Shown in pieces: positions 52,814 to 63,200 of a stretch of DNA of 64,000 nt. The translations under genes were made by a program, and so were the position numbers. The notes below the pieces were generated by a model that saw only the letters and a program-made list of their open reading frames with translations, was not told the origin of the DNA and ran no database searches. Positions within the stretch are counted from its first letter, which is position 1. Each line of letters opens with the position of its first letter. Source of the stretch: Raillietiella orientalis (taxonomy: Eukaryota); the NCBI GenBank assembly GCA_036172245.1, contig JAYWIR010000006.1, positions 4,154,001 to 4,218,000 of the forward strand. The letters are read 5' to 3'.

Positions 52814-55204
52814 CTATTCCTCCGAGGAGGGGGTGGGACTGACCACTCCGGGGGTCACCAGGAGGGAGGACTCCACGACCCTCCCGTAGGCGCAGGCGTC
52901 CAGCACGCCTCCGAGGGACACTCGCGGGCACCTGTCCACGTCCAGGTGCTCGAGCAGCCGGCAGCCCCTGCAGAGGATGGCCAGTCCTGCATCGGTGACG
53001 TCTGCGCACCCGCGGAGCCCCAGGCGCCTGAGGCTAGGGCAGAAGGATGCGAGGAGGCGGACGCCCTCGTCGGTCAGCAGACCGCAGCCGCGCAGGTCGA
53101 GTTCCAGGAGGTGAGAGACTGTCAGGGAGACTGCCCGAACGAGCGCGTCGCCGGTCCACAGATCTCCGTTCCCGCCGAGGTCCAGGCTCTGCAGGAGGCT
53201 ACCGCTCTTTTCCAGGAAGGGCAAGACTCCCTCTGGAGTGATCAATGGGCATTCGTCCACCCGGAGAGAACGGAGGGGGGGGAGGGCGCTGAGGAGGAGA
53301 TCCCCCGCCCGAGACTCTCCCACGTCAAGGACGTCCAGGAAGGGCAGCTTGGCGACCGGAAGGAGCCCGCGGTCCGTGAGTTGCTCACAGCCGCGGAGCG
53401 ACAGCTGTCGGAGCCCGCGGGCGGCGGCGCACAAGGAAGCCACCGCGGCATCCGTGAGGCGGACGCAGTAGGCAATGTCCAGCCTCAGGAGGGAAGGTGC
53501 GCAGGGCCCGCGACATAGCCGCCGGAGCCCCCTCTCGGACAGCAGGGGCAAGCCGGACAGGTCGAGTTCGCGGAGGCCCCGCAGGTCGGCTATCCCCCGC
53601 AGGATGGCATCCGGGAGCTCCGCACAGCGGGCGAGGGACAGGCGCTCGATACCGCGGGGCCAAGGAGGCCACTTGACACCTTCCAGGTCGCGGTTGCCCT
53701 CGACGACGAGGCTGCGCAGCCCGACGGCGATCCTGAGGACGCTTGCCAGTGCCTCGTCGTCCGTCCGGTTGAGCCCGCGGTAGCTGAGGCGCTCCAGGGA
53801 CGCGGCCACCTGCGCGACGGCGTCCTCCAGGGAACGTCCGGTCAGCGTCCGCACGTCGTTCAGGACGAGCGCGCGCAGCAGCGGGCACTCCCGCAGCAGC
53901 GCGCGCCGGCCGCCGATGCCGAGCTGGGGGTTCCCGGACAGGTCCAGCACCCGTAAGGCCTTGGGGACGGCCGGCGGATCCTGTACGGACAGTCCCCGGG
54001 TCAGGAAGACCAGTCCCCGATCGGAAATCCGGGGGCAGTGGGCCGCACGCAGCTCTTCCAGCTCCGGGCAGAAGCAGGAGAGCATGCGCAGGGTGAGATC
54101 TCCCACCCGGGTGCTGCTGACGTTCAGCGAGCGCAGACGCGGTACGCCCTGCACGAAAGAGCGGAACGCCAGGTCGTCTACACGGGGGTTGCGGGACAGA
54201 TCGAGGTGGAGCAGCTGGGGGGCTTCCGACAGGAGGGAGAGAGTCTCCGTTGAGATGTGGACACAACCTTCCAGGTCCACGCTGGTGAGGTGCGGACGGT
54301 GGCGCCCCAGGAGGCGCCGTAGCAGGTCTCCGTGGACGCGTATCAGCGTTCCCGGCCTCGTTGGAGCGTCCAGCCTCCCCCAGGCGTCCGCCGACGTGGC
54401 CACGCGCCGCCATTCCTCGCACACGGCGGCGCACTGCAGGCGGTCGCGGATGCCCAGGTTGTCGAAGATGGTGGCCACCGCACGGGCAGGAAGAAGGGAC
54501 AGGAGGAACGTCTTCTTCCCGAGTTCTTCCGTCGGCGCTCCCGCTGCGGGTTCCGTCTCTCGCGGCTGCACTGGAGGCATCCGCCCTGGCTCTTCCCAGT
54601 CGAGCACACGGCATGCAAATCGGAAGCGCCACCAGGAGGAGCCGAGACGGAGGGCGCGGAGTGCGCGGCGCAGCAGGGTTTCGGCGGCCAGACGTGCCTC
54701 CAGGCGCTGCTGCTGGAACCTCACCCATGAGCGGAAGCTCCTCCGGAGCGTCTGCAAGACGTTGTTCCGTTCCGCGGCCTTCCAGAATGCCGTCAGCTCC
54801 ATCATGCGCTCCTTCGTTGTCACGTGGTAGCTCGTCCACGCGCCCCAGGCGCGTCTCAGCGCAGCCCTCCGCCAGAGATCCTCCGCTCGCTTCACCGTCT
54901 CCGGCAATGCCGCGGGTTCGTCCCAGTAGTCGTTAAGGGCGCGCCAGTGCGCCGTGACGTTGCGCTGGTCCTCGCTGACCCTCCGCACGCCCGGTGCCAC
55001 GAAGGAGGACCACGCGGAGAGCGGCGACAAGGACCCCCGGCGGCGGTCGCCGAGGCGCTCCAGGAGCCGGATCATGAAGTCGTAAGGGTCCTCCGGTCTG
55101 TGCACGGCCAGGGAGACCAGCAGCCCCTCCGCGAGCTCCGGCAGGAAGTGCCCCTGAAGGTAGGCCCGCTCGCGCGGCTTCAGGCAGCCCAGTTCCACGG
55201 ACAT
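52814..55204 (-). CDS. FBXL13: F-box/LRR-repeat protein 13-like (dynein regulatory complex subunit 6), single exon, 796 aa from first ATG
   Basis: Uninterrupted ORF. The track's 55429 start is a TTG and the first ATG is 55204 (MSVELGCLKPRE). Domain order: N-terminal docking/dimerisation-like YLQGHFLPELAEGLLVSLAVHRPEDPYDFM, W-rich Sfi1-like segments (LRRAWGAW, LRRSFRSW), F-box LSLLPARAVATIFDNLGIRDRLQCAAVCEEWR, then many cysteine-containing LRRs (LxxLxLxGCxxLTDxG). This is the FBXL13 architecture. Confidence 0.85.
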   Translation of the reverse strand: MSVELGCLKPRERAYLQGHFLPELAEGLLVSLAVHRPEDPYDFMIRLLERLGDRRRGSLSPLSAWSSFVAPGVRRVSEDQRNVTAHWRALNDYWDEPAALPETVKRAEDLWRRAALRRAWGAWTSYHVTTKERMMELTAFWKAAERNNVLQTLRRSFRSWVRFQQQRLEARLAAETLLRRALRALRLGSSWWRFRFACRVLDWEEPGRMPPVQPRETEPAAGAPTEELGKKTFLLSLLPARAVATIFDNLGIRDRLQCAAVCEEWRRVATSADAWGRLDAPTRPGTLIRVHGDLLRRLLGRHRPHLTSVDLEGCVHISTETLSLLSEAPQLLHLDLSRNPRVDDLAFRSFVQGVPRLRSLNVSSTRVGDLTLRMLSCFCPELEELRAAHCPRISDRGLVFLTRGLSVQDPPAVPKALRVLDLSGNPQLGIGGRRALLRECPLLRALVLNDVRTLTGRSLEDAVAQVAASLERLSYRGLNRTDDEALASVLRIAVGLRSLVVEGNRDLEGVKWPPWPRGIERLSLARCAELPDAILRGIADLRGLRELDLSGLPLLSERGLRRLCRGPCAPSLLRLDIAYCVRLTDAAVASLCAAARGLRQLSLRGCEQLTDRGLLPVAKLPFLDVLDVGESRAGDLLLSALPPLRSLRVDECPLITPEGVLPFLEKSGSLLQSLDLGGNGDLWTGDALVRAVSLTVSHLLELDLRGCGLLTDEGVRLLASFCPSLRRLGLRGCADVTDAGLAILCRGCRLLEHLDVDRCPRVSLGGVLDACAYGRVVESSLLVTPGVVSPTPSSEE

Positions 55205-56979
55205 CGCAGTCGCCGCTGCCGCCGGGGAATCGGGCACGTCCAACACTGGAACGGTCGCGAGGGACGCCGCCGTGGCGTTGCTGCGGAAGCAACAATGCGC
55301 CTCCGCTGCGAGACAATGCTCCCCCCCCCTCCGTCGCGCGCGCTGCCGGAACGCGGGGTGGCGGATTCGCGAGCGAGGAAGGGAAGGCGGGAGGGGAGGG
55401 AGGGAGGAAGCGTTGAAAAAACTCGCCAACGAGTAGGGTTCACCTGAGGGCAGTCGTTAGGGGTGGGAGTTGAATGGAACGAAATGGGGTCAGGGATTCA
55501 CCTCCTCATGGACGGGGGAAGGAAACTGCGCCTGTGCAAAGGCAAAAAAACACTCCTCCCCCCTCCTTCCAAAAGAGGCAAGGCAGAGGCGTGAAGAAAG
55601 CGGAAGTGGAGGGGTAGGAGGGATGGGAACGAAATCGGTGACCGCGCGGAGAACGCTGGCGACACCCTGGCTCGAAGGATCTGATGGTGGCGCACGCTCC
55701 AAGCCAAATGGAGCTGTGAATGGAAGAAAAAGGGGGCGTGGCAGCTGGGGTGTGGGTCGCTGAGGAGGAGCCGAATTTGCTCCCTGGGTAAGGAGGGGGT
55801 GGGCCTTCCGGAAGCCGCCCGAGTGATACAGGCAGAGGTCAGCCGGACACTCCGAGGGGTGGGGTTTGCGTGGGGGCGAATGAGGGCGAACCGGGCAGAA
55901 TAAAGGCGGGAAAAGAATGGTGCCCTCCGCCGCCCGCCCATGTTGTCGCAGTAGAAGTTCCCAAGGAGGAAAGAGCACCACCCGGCCGTTTCATCCGCGG
56001 TGCTCCCCGCTCAGGGAGGGGAGACGGGACGTCTTCAGTGTGGGCCCCCTGACTGTTTTCTGCCCCCATGCCTGCCCCCCGTGTGCAGGGATGCTCCGTT
56101 CAGGACTGCCAGGTGCGAGCTTGTGGAGGGGCTCTGCGGTTTCTAGAAGTGCGGCAGCGGGAGACTGGGCAAGTGCCTCTGGCGATCCGCGAGCGGAACT
56201 CGGCCGCAAGCGACGCCGCGAGTGACGGGCCGCCGCGACCAGAGCGACCCGGAGCTGTGGACAGGAGCGTCCTCCGGTTGCAGCCGGTGCGTCTCGGATG
56301 ATGGGAGTCTGTGCAGGCGGGGTACTCTCTGGGGCGTGGTCATCTTGACGGTAAGGAGAAGGCCGCGGAGGGGAGGAGGCGGGGGCGGGCAGACGGGAGC
56401 GTGTAGGCAGCACGGATGGGGATGCGATCCCAGCGCTCGCCCTAAATGTGGGCCCGCGTTGGCAGTCCGTGCGGCTGCGCCTTCCCTGCGCGGGTTCGAA
56501 CCTCGCCCAGGGAAGGGTCGACGCCGAGAACGGAGGATGGATCCAGGGTTTCGAGTCCTCCCACAGCAGGATGACGCTGGTTGGCCTCAGCTGGCTTCCG
56601 GTACGGCACGGTTGACATATGGTCACACCAGGGCATTTATTTACAAAAATAAACCTTCACGTCTGTGGCAGCACGTTTAATCCTGCCACGTTGCTTATAA
56701 CTACGAGGAGGAACCTGCCGGGATCTGACACTCAGGCCAGCGGGGTTCACCTCAGCAGCACAGGGGAAGGGGAAACATGCAATCGAAAAAAATGGGGGGA
56801 AGGGTGGTTACGAAGAGATCAACGGGTGCTGGAGGGCGTCCTCTGCATCCTTGTAAGGATGCCTGCAAGTTCCTGCTTCAAGACTCCCAGATGAGGCCAT
56901 CTTGACTCTGTTCTCATGAAAAGGAGAGCACAATAGATGGAGTTTCTGCCGTTTTGTTCTCCTCTGGCGTTACTGCTTC

Positions 56980-57270
56980 ATGCAGCCACGGTCCCGCCGC
57001 GTAGGCAACAGAGTACTACTGCTCGGTATGCGGCCGGAGTGAGGGTGTCTCTCAGGAAGAGGCGCTTTGAAACGTCACTGGCGTTGCTGCCAGAAGTTCC
57101 AAAGGTCGCGGCAAAGCGTCCCCAAAGGGGCCAGAGAGCAAGACAGTCCACTAGGAGGTGCGGAAGGAATTACTGCTCCCCGCACCTTGCACAGTTTGAG
57201 TCCACACACACCCGTGTCTACAGATGCCGGTGGGCGTTGCACGGGAGGCCCCAGTGAAGCAGCTGGTTGG
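56980..57270 (-). mobile_element. Second copy of the same retrotransposon zf-RVT-like segment as 51340-51590, with in-frame stops
   Basis: Reverse strand reads LLHWGLPCNAHRHL*TRVCVDSNCARCGEQ*FLPHLLVDCLALWPLW...NASDVSKRLFLRDTL...LCCLRG, colinear with the plus-strand copy. Confidence 0.75.
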
Positions 57271-57356
57271 CCTATGGACTGTGGATTCGGGTGCGGCACT
57301 GGTAGAAGCCAGAAACCCTCAGATGCCCCCGTTCACTGGCCGGGATTGGAAGTCGA

Positions 57357-57725
57357 CCCTCCGGGGTCACCTTCCAAGGAGTCGGTTTTTCCTTCAGGAC
57401 TCCCCTCAGATTGCGAAAATGGCAACCCTCCATCGTGTGCCATGGAGCTGGCTGATGTCCCCTCGGGGGGTTTCCCTTTCCCTTCAGGGAGCGCTTTTTA
57501 GAGAAATTGGGAAGTGTTCCTTCCGGGTTCTCTTCAGAAGAGGAATAACAAGGAGTGGGTCCCTTCCGGGAAAGAAACTCAGGAGCGCATCCCTTCGGGG
57601 TGCCCTTCGGGAAAGAAACGAGGATCGTCCCCTTCCGCCATCACAAACCAGAGGACACCTCCGGGAAGGAGGAAGAAGAGGCAGTTTCTTCCATAGGCAA
57701 CCAGGGTGGTTTTGTCTTCGGGGTT
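57357..57725. repeat. Degenerate interspersed repeat of a CC(T)TC(N)GG core, about 10-12 copies
   Basis: Cores at approximately 57357, 57391, 57459, 57481, 57519, 57562, 57592, 57604, 57631, 57658, 57716. Confidence 0.6.
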
Positions 57726-60016
57726 CCCCAATAAGTGTGGGAGAGGAAGAGACTTCCTAGGTTCCAAGACAACCCCTACGGGGGCCCTCCTATAACATGA
57801 AGAATGACACGCACCCCGGGTGGCGTCGATAGCGTCCAAGAGCTCCGTGAGCTCCCCCTAAGGAGGCGGACGGTTCTTTTTGGGGAGCTCCTCGAGCACC
57901 CCAAAAAACAAAACACGAAAGAAAAAAAAGGCTCGAAGGGAAAAACAGGAAAGACAGCAGGTTGGGCCCTCATCAACATTTCGATTCTCCCAAAGCCTTC
58001 CCGTTCTCCGAAGGCAAAAGGTAGATGTAGGACAAAAATGTCTTCAGTGATGCTAAGAGAGACACCAAGAGGTCATCGACAAACTTGCTTTTGCACAGGT
58101 CTCTTCAACGGAGAGAAGTTCCGAATCCTCCCATGTAGAAAGAAATCTTATGGGTCGAGGGAGAACATCCTCGGTCTCCTGGAACAATTTGTTTCAAGCC
58201 CTGCCCTGAGGGGGAATTGAAGGCCGCAGAAGGCCTGAGCGAGCTACCACCCGGAATTCCTCAACGATGTCTAACTCACAAACTTTTACTACCCGTTATC
58301 CCGTACGGTTCATCAGAGCATGCATCAGAGCACACAGACGAATCGACCTTGTTTTCGGCCGGGGAGCATGGAAACGTACTGGTGACCCTTATGAGCACTG
58401 CGTATCATCTTCAAACAGTTCTCACTGTAAGCTCCCGGATCCACTTGGACTTGGCTGCACGACGTTTGCGTTTTCCTGGGGCGAACCCCACTGGCCATCC
58501 CTCATGCGGTGGAAGGAAACAAGGACATGCCCTCTTCCCCCCTGAACGAAGGTGCAAAGAAATACGTCAACAACAAAGCCCACCTGAAGTTCAGGGAGAC
58601 TGCTCGTCTGCATTCCCAAGCACCGCATGTTCCCCTGCAGCAGGACAAAATCCGCAGGATTCCCTAAAAAGGTTAAGAGAACTCATGGGACTCCCGAGTC
58701 TCCAAAATGATGCCGCGTCCTTCCCAACTTTTGCTTTTCGATGGAGGGCACACAGATGCTCCGTCGCATCAAGAATGGGAGGATCTCCGTGCAGTTTGCA
58801 CTTCGCCTCACCGCATGTGTCGTCACTGTGTGCAATAGAACGGGAGGAAGCGACCATTGCTTGTTTTGCGGCAGCCGCTTGGGCCAGCTTCAAGTTTCAC
58901 TTACACGAAGTGCTACAGATGCTTTGATACTTGTTACGCCGAGTCAGCTGCTCCGGAGGATTTTACCGCGAAGCAGTCTTAACCTCTCAGAGATCGTTGC
59001 AAGGGTACCATCATTAGACATGAAGGGAGAGATTCTCCAGAGTGATGGCCAAACGTGAATTCGGCAATATTCACACTGATCTGGTCTTCCATGCAGTCCC
59101 TTCACGCATTTCCTCGTTGGTTTCGGGGGGGGGGGGGAAGTTTATCACGTCATGGGAGTGCACGGAACGGAAAGGAACTGAGGGACACGACAGCTTATGA
59201 AGGAAGCTAAACTACTATGCTGCAGCATCCCAGCCATCGAATGCTCACGATGCTTCCTGTGGGTCACTCCAGAAATGTGGTATGTGGCACTCGAAGCCCG
59301 GAGCGCAAGGCATCTCAGGAAAGACTGTTCCAATGCTTGTTGGGAACCTAATCGCGAGGGCTCTCCCGCTCAGAGATTTCTTCCCTAACAACGAACAAGA
59401 ATACTAATTTCCTCTACTTTGTTTCGTGCTAAAGATGCGTTCAAGGAAACTGGTTTCAGGAAGGCAGATTTTTGCAATTGGTGATGCGACGGTCCTCTTC
59501 ATCTCCAGTTGGGTTGTTACAGAATCGTTCTCAGGATTTGCTCTTGTCAACGTGAGGGACTCTGCTCTCTGTTTTGGATCGCCCCAGGGCTCCAACAGCA
59601 GCCAGGGTTGTCGAATTTACCTGGGGACAAGTGGGAGAACGAATTTCACGTGCGACCCGCAAACTGGGTGACCCTTTGAGACTTCCAGCGATTCGTTCCC
59701 ACAGGCATACTCCCTCACCCCCAATTCCGCACCTCTTTCTTTCTTGTTCCATTCTTCATTCCCTTGAATCAGTAAACTTTTTCGATATCCAATGAGATGT
59801 CAAGAAGAGTAGAGGAAGGTCATTTAGTGTCACGAAAATAATTACTTGTTAACAAAAGTTATTCAGCTGTGACGTTCCTCTCGGTCTGAGCTCTGGCACG
59901 GGTTGCGAGGGAGAATGTCCCGTCCTTCACTCGAAGTGTATTGGAACAGATAGTGCAAGGTCTCGCTTTTGAAATCCCTTAATGCTTAATGAACATTTGA
60001 AATTTATCTGCGTTGA

Positions 60017-60056
60017 AAAAAATGATCACGGGACAGTAGTCCTGTGATCATTTTTT
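60017..60056. repeat. Short inverted repeat/hairpin (18-bp arms, one G-T pair, AGTA loop)
   Basis: AAAAAATGATCACGGGAC-AGTA-GTCCTGTGATCATTTTTT. Confidence 0.85.
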
Positions 60057-61741
60057 AATGTCGTGGGCTGTTCTCGATCTCTGTTCGTTTTTTTTTTTAC
60101 ACCTGAAGGTGGGACGGTCCGTTCCCACATCGCCGCTCAATGGCGGCCGTTGCGCCGTTGTGGAAACCCCGAAGCCACCTCTGGCCATCCTCCGAGGACG
60201 GGAAGACCTCCGCGAAAAGTGGTGGAACGGTCCTTTTTTGGCCCTTTTCCGGTGAGTCTTCCAGCCTAGGAACCTCCCCCTGTTTTGGATCGTCGAATCC
60301 TTCTATTCCAAGAGGAATTTTGCACTCACACGTTTCATGTCCGGTGGATGGCTCGCAACATATGTGATCTCACCCCGTGATTTTTACCGCTCTGCATATT
60401 CCAAGTTGTCGATAGGGTTTGATTTCAGTCGAATGAAAGACTTTCAGATGTATGCTCCATTGTCATCCATGTCCCTAGATGAAGAGCAGTTTTCCATGGT
60501 TTTTTTTTTTTTCCTCCACCAGGTTCCGGATTATTTTTATTTTTCCCTCCGGATTCCATTACCCAAGATGATAGGGCACATTCTTTGGTCTTAAGCAAGT
60601 ATTGAAGACAGTCGGCATTTCAAGAGCATACCATTCTGGCACCGTAAATACTTGCAACCAATTAAAACATTACATAAAGATGCATCATTAAAAAAAAGAA
60701 AAATAGCTTACCAGATTAACATTATCCAGTGTTACTTTCATGAGTCATTGCTTTCCTATTTCCAGTTTTTACAAGATTTCATTGCTTGGAAAAAATTCGT
60801 TGTGCCAGAATTCCCAATTAAGTTTTTGAGAGACAGCTGAAACACCAAGACTAAATTCTGCTATTTTTGATAATTGAAAGGCTGTGAAAATTGTGGCTCA
60901 CTATGTTACTGTTATAGGGAAAGTGTGAAAGTGTCACTAAAAGGTACTGGCAAGATTTGGTTGCTCTTTTGTTTACTGGAGAAAAAAAAATTTACTCAGT
61001 AACCAAAATGAATTCACTAGGACGCACTAAAAGTTCACATGCTAACTTAAGTAGCTTCCCCTAAACTTCCATCTTTCTATGCATAGCAGAAGCAGTAGCT
61101 GTCCAGCAGTTTATGTTTAAAACCTGTGCCTCTATCCACTGAAAGAGGCACAGATTCTCCCTTGCTGCTTGGATGATGTCTTGACTGACATTCTCATGAA
61201 CAGCCTTGCATGTCCCACTGTAAGCTATATGAAAATGCATGCTGTTGTGTTTTCTGTTACTGTTTTCACTTGGCCACAGCTTGTTCTGGATGTTTGCATC
61301 ACTTGTATGTATTGACTGGATACATGCCTGCTTACAGAAATTTCAGAAAATTACAGAAATTTCTTTTTTGTCAGTACCACTGTCTTTTCTGATAATTTTT
61401 CAAAGGGTGATTATGTAAACTGTGCATTTATGAGGTTAAAACTTAGAAAGCTTCATTTATTTATCTGAACTACTATTGTTTCCATTTCATCCAGGCCACC
61501 TTTATTTTAACTTTTCCAAGACTCAAGACTCGAATGTGCACATAAAATCAGGATGCTAAAACCAATCTCTGCATGCTTGTCACAATAGCATGCCAAAAAT
61601 ACCAAATCTTTGGCTGCAGTCACCATGACAAAAATTACCGAATTACACTCGAGCATGGTAGTCAGTGGTGCTGATAAATGATGACAGTTAGGTAAGAACA
61701 CAGCTAATCTGTTTCCGGAAAGTAATCTACATAACATTTAT

Positions 61742-63200
61742 TCACTTGTTCTTCTCCAGATGGGATGATGAAAGATCATGGTTTAGGTTGCATCCTTTAT
61801 TCTTGGGATCCACATCATCCTTATGTAATTCCAGCAAAGGTACCAGACTCAGATGCAAAACATGCCTATAATATGCCTTGCTTTGACGGAACACCTCATC
61901 TGTACCATGGAGGCGATCCAGCACTCCTAGAACACCATAGCACTGATTGAATCTGAAATAGCAGCATATGGAACCTGTGGCAACATGTTCCCTCTTACTT
62001 AAGGTGATGGAAGTCATGGGCTTCAGGAGAAGGGAAGAATGGGAAATGGTAGCCAGAGTGAGCATTAAGGGTTGACAAAATGACCATGGTCAGCCATAAC
62101 CATACTGTAGCAATATGGGGTCCAATAACAATTAGCCCTAATAAGGGTGGGAGCAAATTTGCACACACATGTTCAAGTGGGTGACAATAAATTGCTGTAA
62201 CAGAAATGGGAGACTTCCATTCATGGTGGATCTTGTGGATCTGTTTATAAAGAAAAGGTGAGTGCAGCAATCTGGAGAGTGCATAATCTTATTATGTACA
62301 CAGACCGGAAGAAAATGCTACCTGTGAGAATAATAGAAGCCAACTTCTTCAACAAGCACACAGATGACCAACTGAAAGATCAGAACTTCAAAACGTGGCA
62401 ATTTACCAAAGTAAAGTCCTCTCCATCTTATGATAGGAAACAGCCAGATAGTTAGAGGTACACCGACGAAGAACTGATTGAACAGCACCGTGGCAATAAC
62501 CTGAAGAGTACAATACATAATTTAATCGGAATTATCCGTTAACAGGAGTGCAGCACATCTCACCAAACTTTCATTCCGAAGTAACTGTTTACTGGCAATG
62601 ATACTTACTTTAGGTTCCATCAATCGTGTGAATTACATGATTATCACAAGCGAGAGTTTTTCGCACCCCCAATAATTTCCGAAGCATCACAAACCTTTGG
62701 GAGTCTCCTGACATCCAAAGGTTCATTTTTGCCGGGCTGAATTTTGTACCTCTTCAAAATCGAGGGTCTTTCCGAGCAATCTAGTAGCAGGAGGGCTCCC
62801 CCGACGCACCAGTACAGTGCGATGGTGATGAAGCTGGAAACTGAGAAATGGGTTCAAAAAATTTCTACTCCCTAAGGCTGCGAAACCGATGGCTACCGTA
62901 GACTACAAGATAGTAATCAGTGTCATCCTTTCCGAAAATCCTTACGGAAAGTCCAAATACTCTGTCCCACAGAGACTGCCAGAAGTCGGCGGACGCACCC
63001 CAGAAAGTTTGAAAATGCCTGCGAGTGTTTTGACATCTCACTCGGGATGCTGCACAAAAAAAAGCTTACCAAGTCAACGAGTTGCTGATTGCGACAAAGA
63101 ACACCACGCAGGAGCCAACAACGAACAGCACGCTGTTCAAGGACGAGTAGATGTTGGGTTTGCGGGAGTTCATTTCATGGCTGATGTCCTGCAGCTTCAT
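61742..63200 (-). CDS. FAXDC2: Fatty acid hydroxylase domain-containing protein 2 (sterol desaturase family), multi-exon
   Basis: AISNSLTWHFQTFWGASADFWQSLW, RYKIQPGKNEPLD, EEVGFYYSHRLLH, HKIHHEW, HSGYHFPFFPSPEAHDFHHLKFNQCYGVLGVLDRLHGTD (His boxes). TGA at 61742-61744. A further upstream coding exon (ATG 63530) cannot be excluded. Confidence 0.94.

Noticed and set aside
55205..55429. 75-aa N-terminal extension of FBXL13 in the ORF track
   Set aside because: Starts at TTG and is low complexity; family resemblance begins at ATG 55204.
52811..55447. Many long alternative-frame and antisense ORFs (e.g. 484, 304, 235, 207 aa)
   Set aside because: Shadows of the GC-rich FBXL13 CDS; Arg/Pro/Gly-rich with no recognisable domain.
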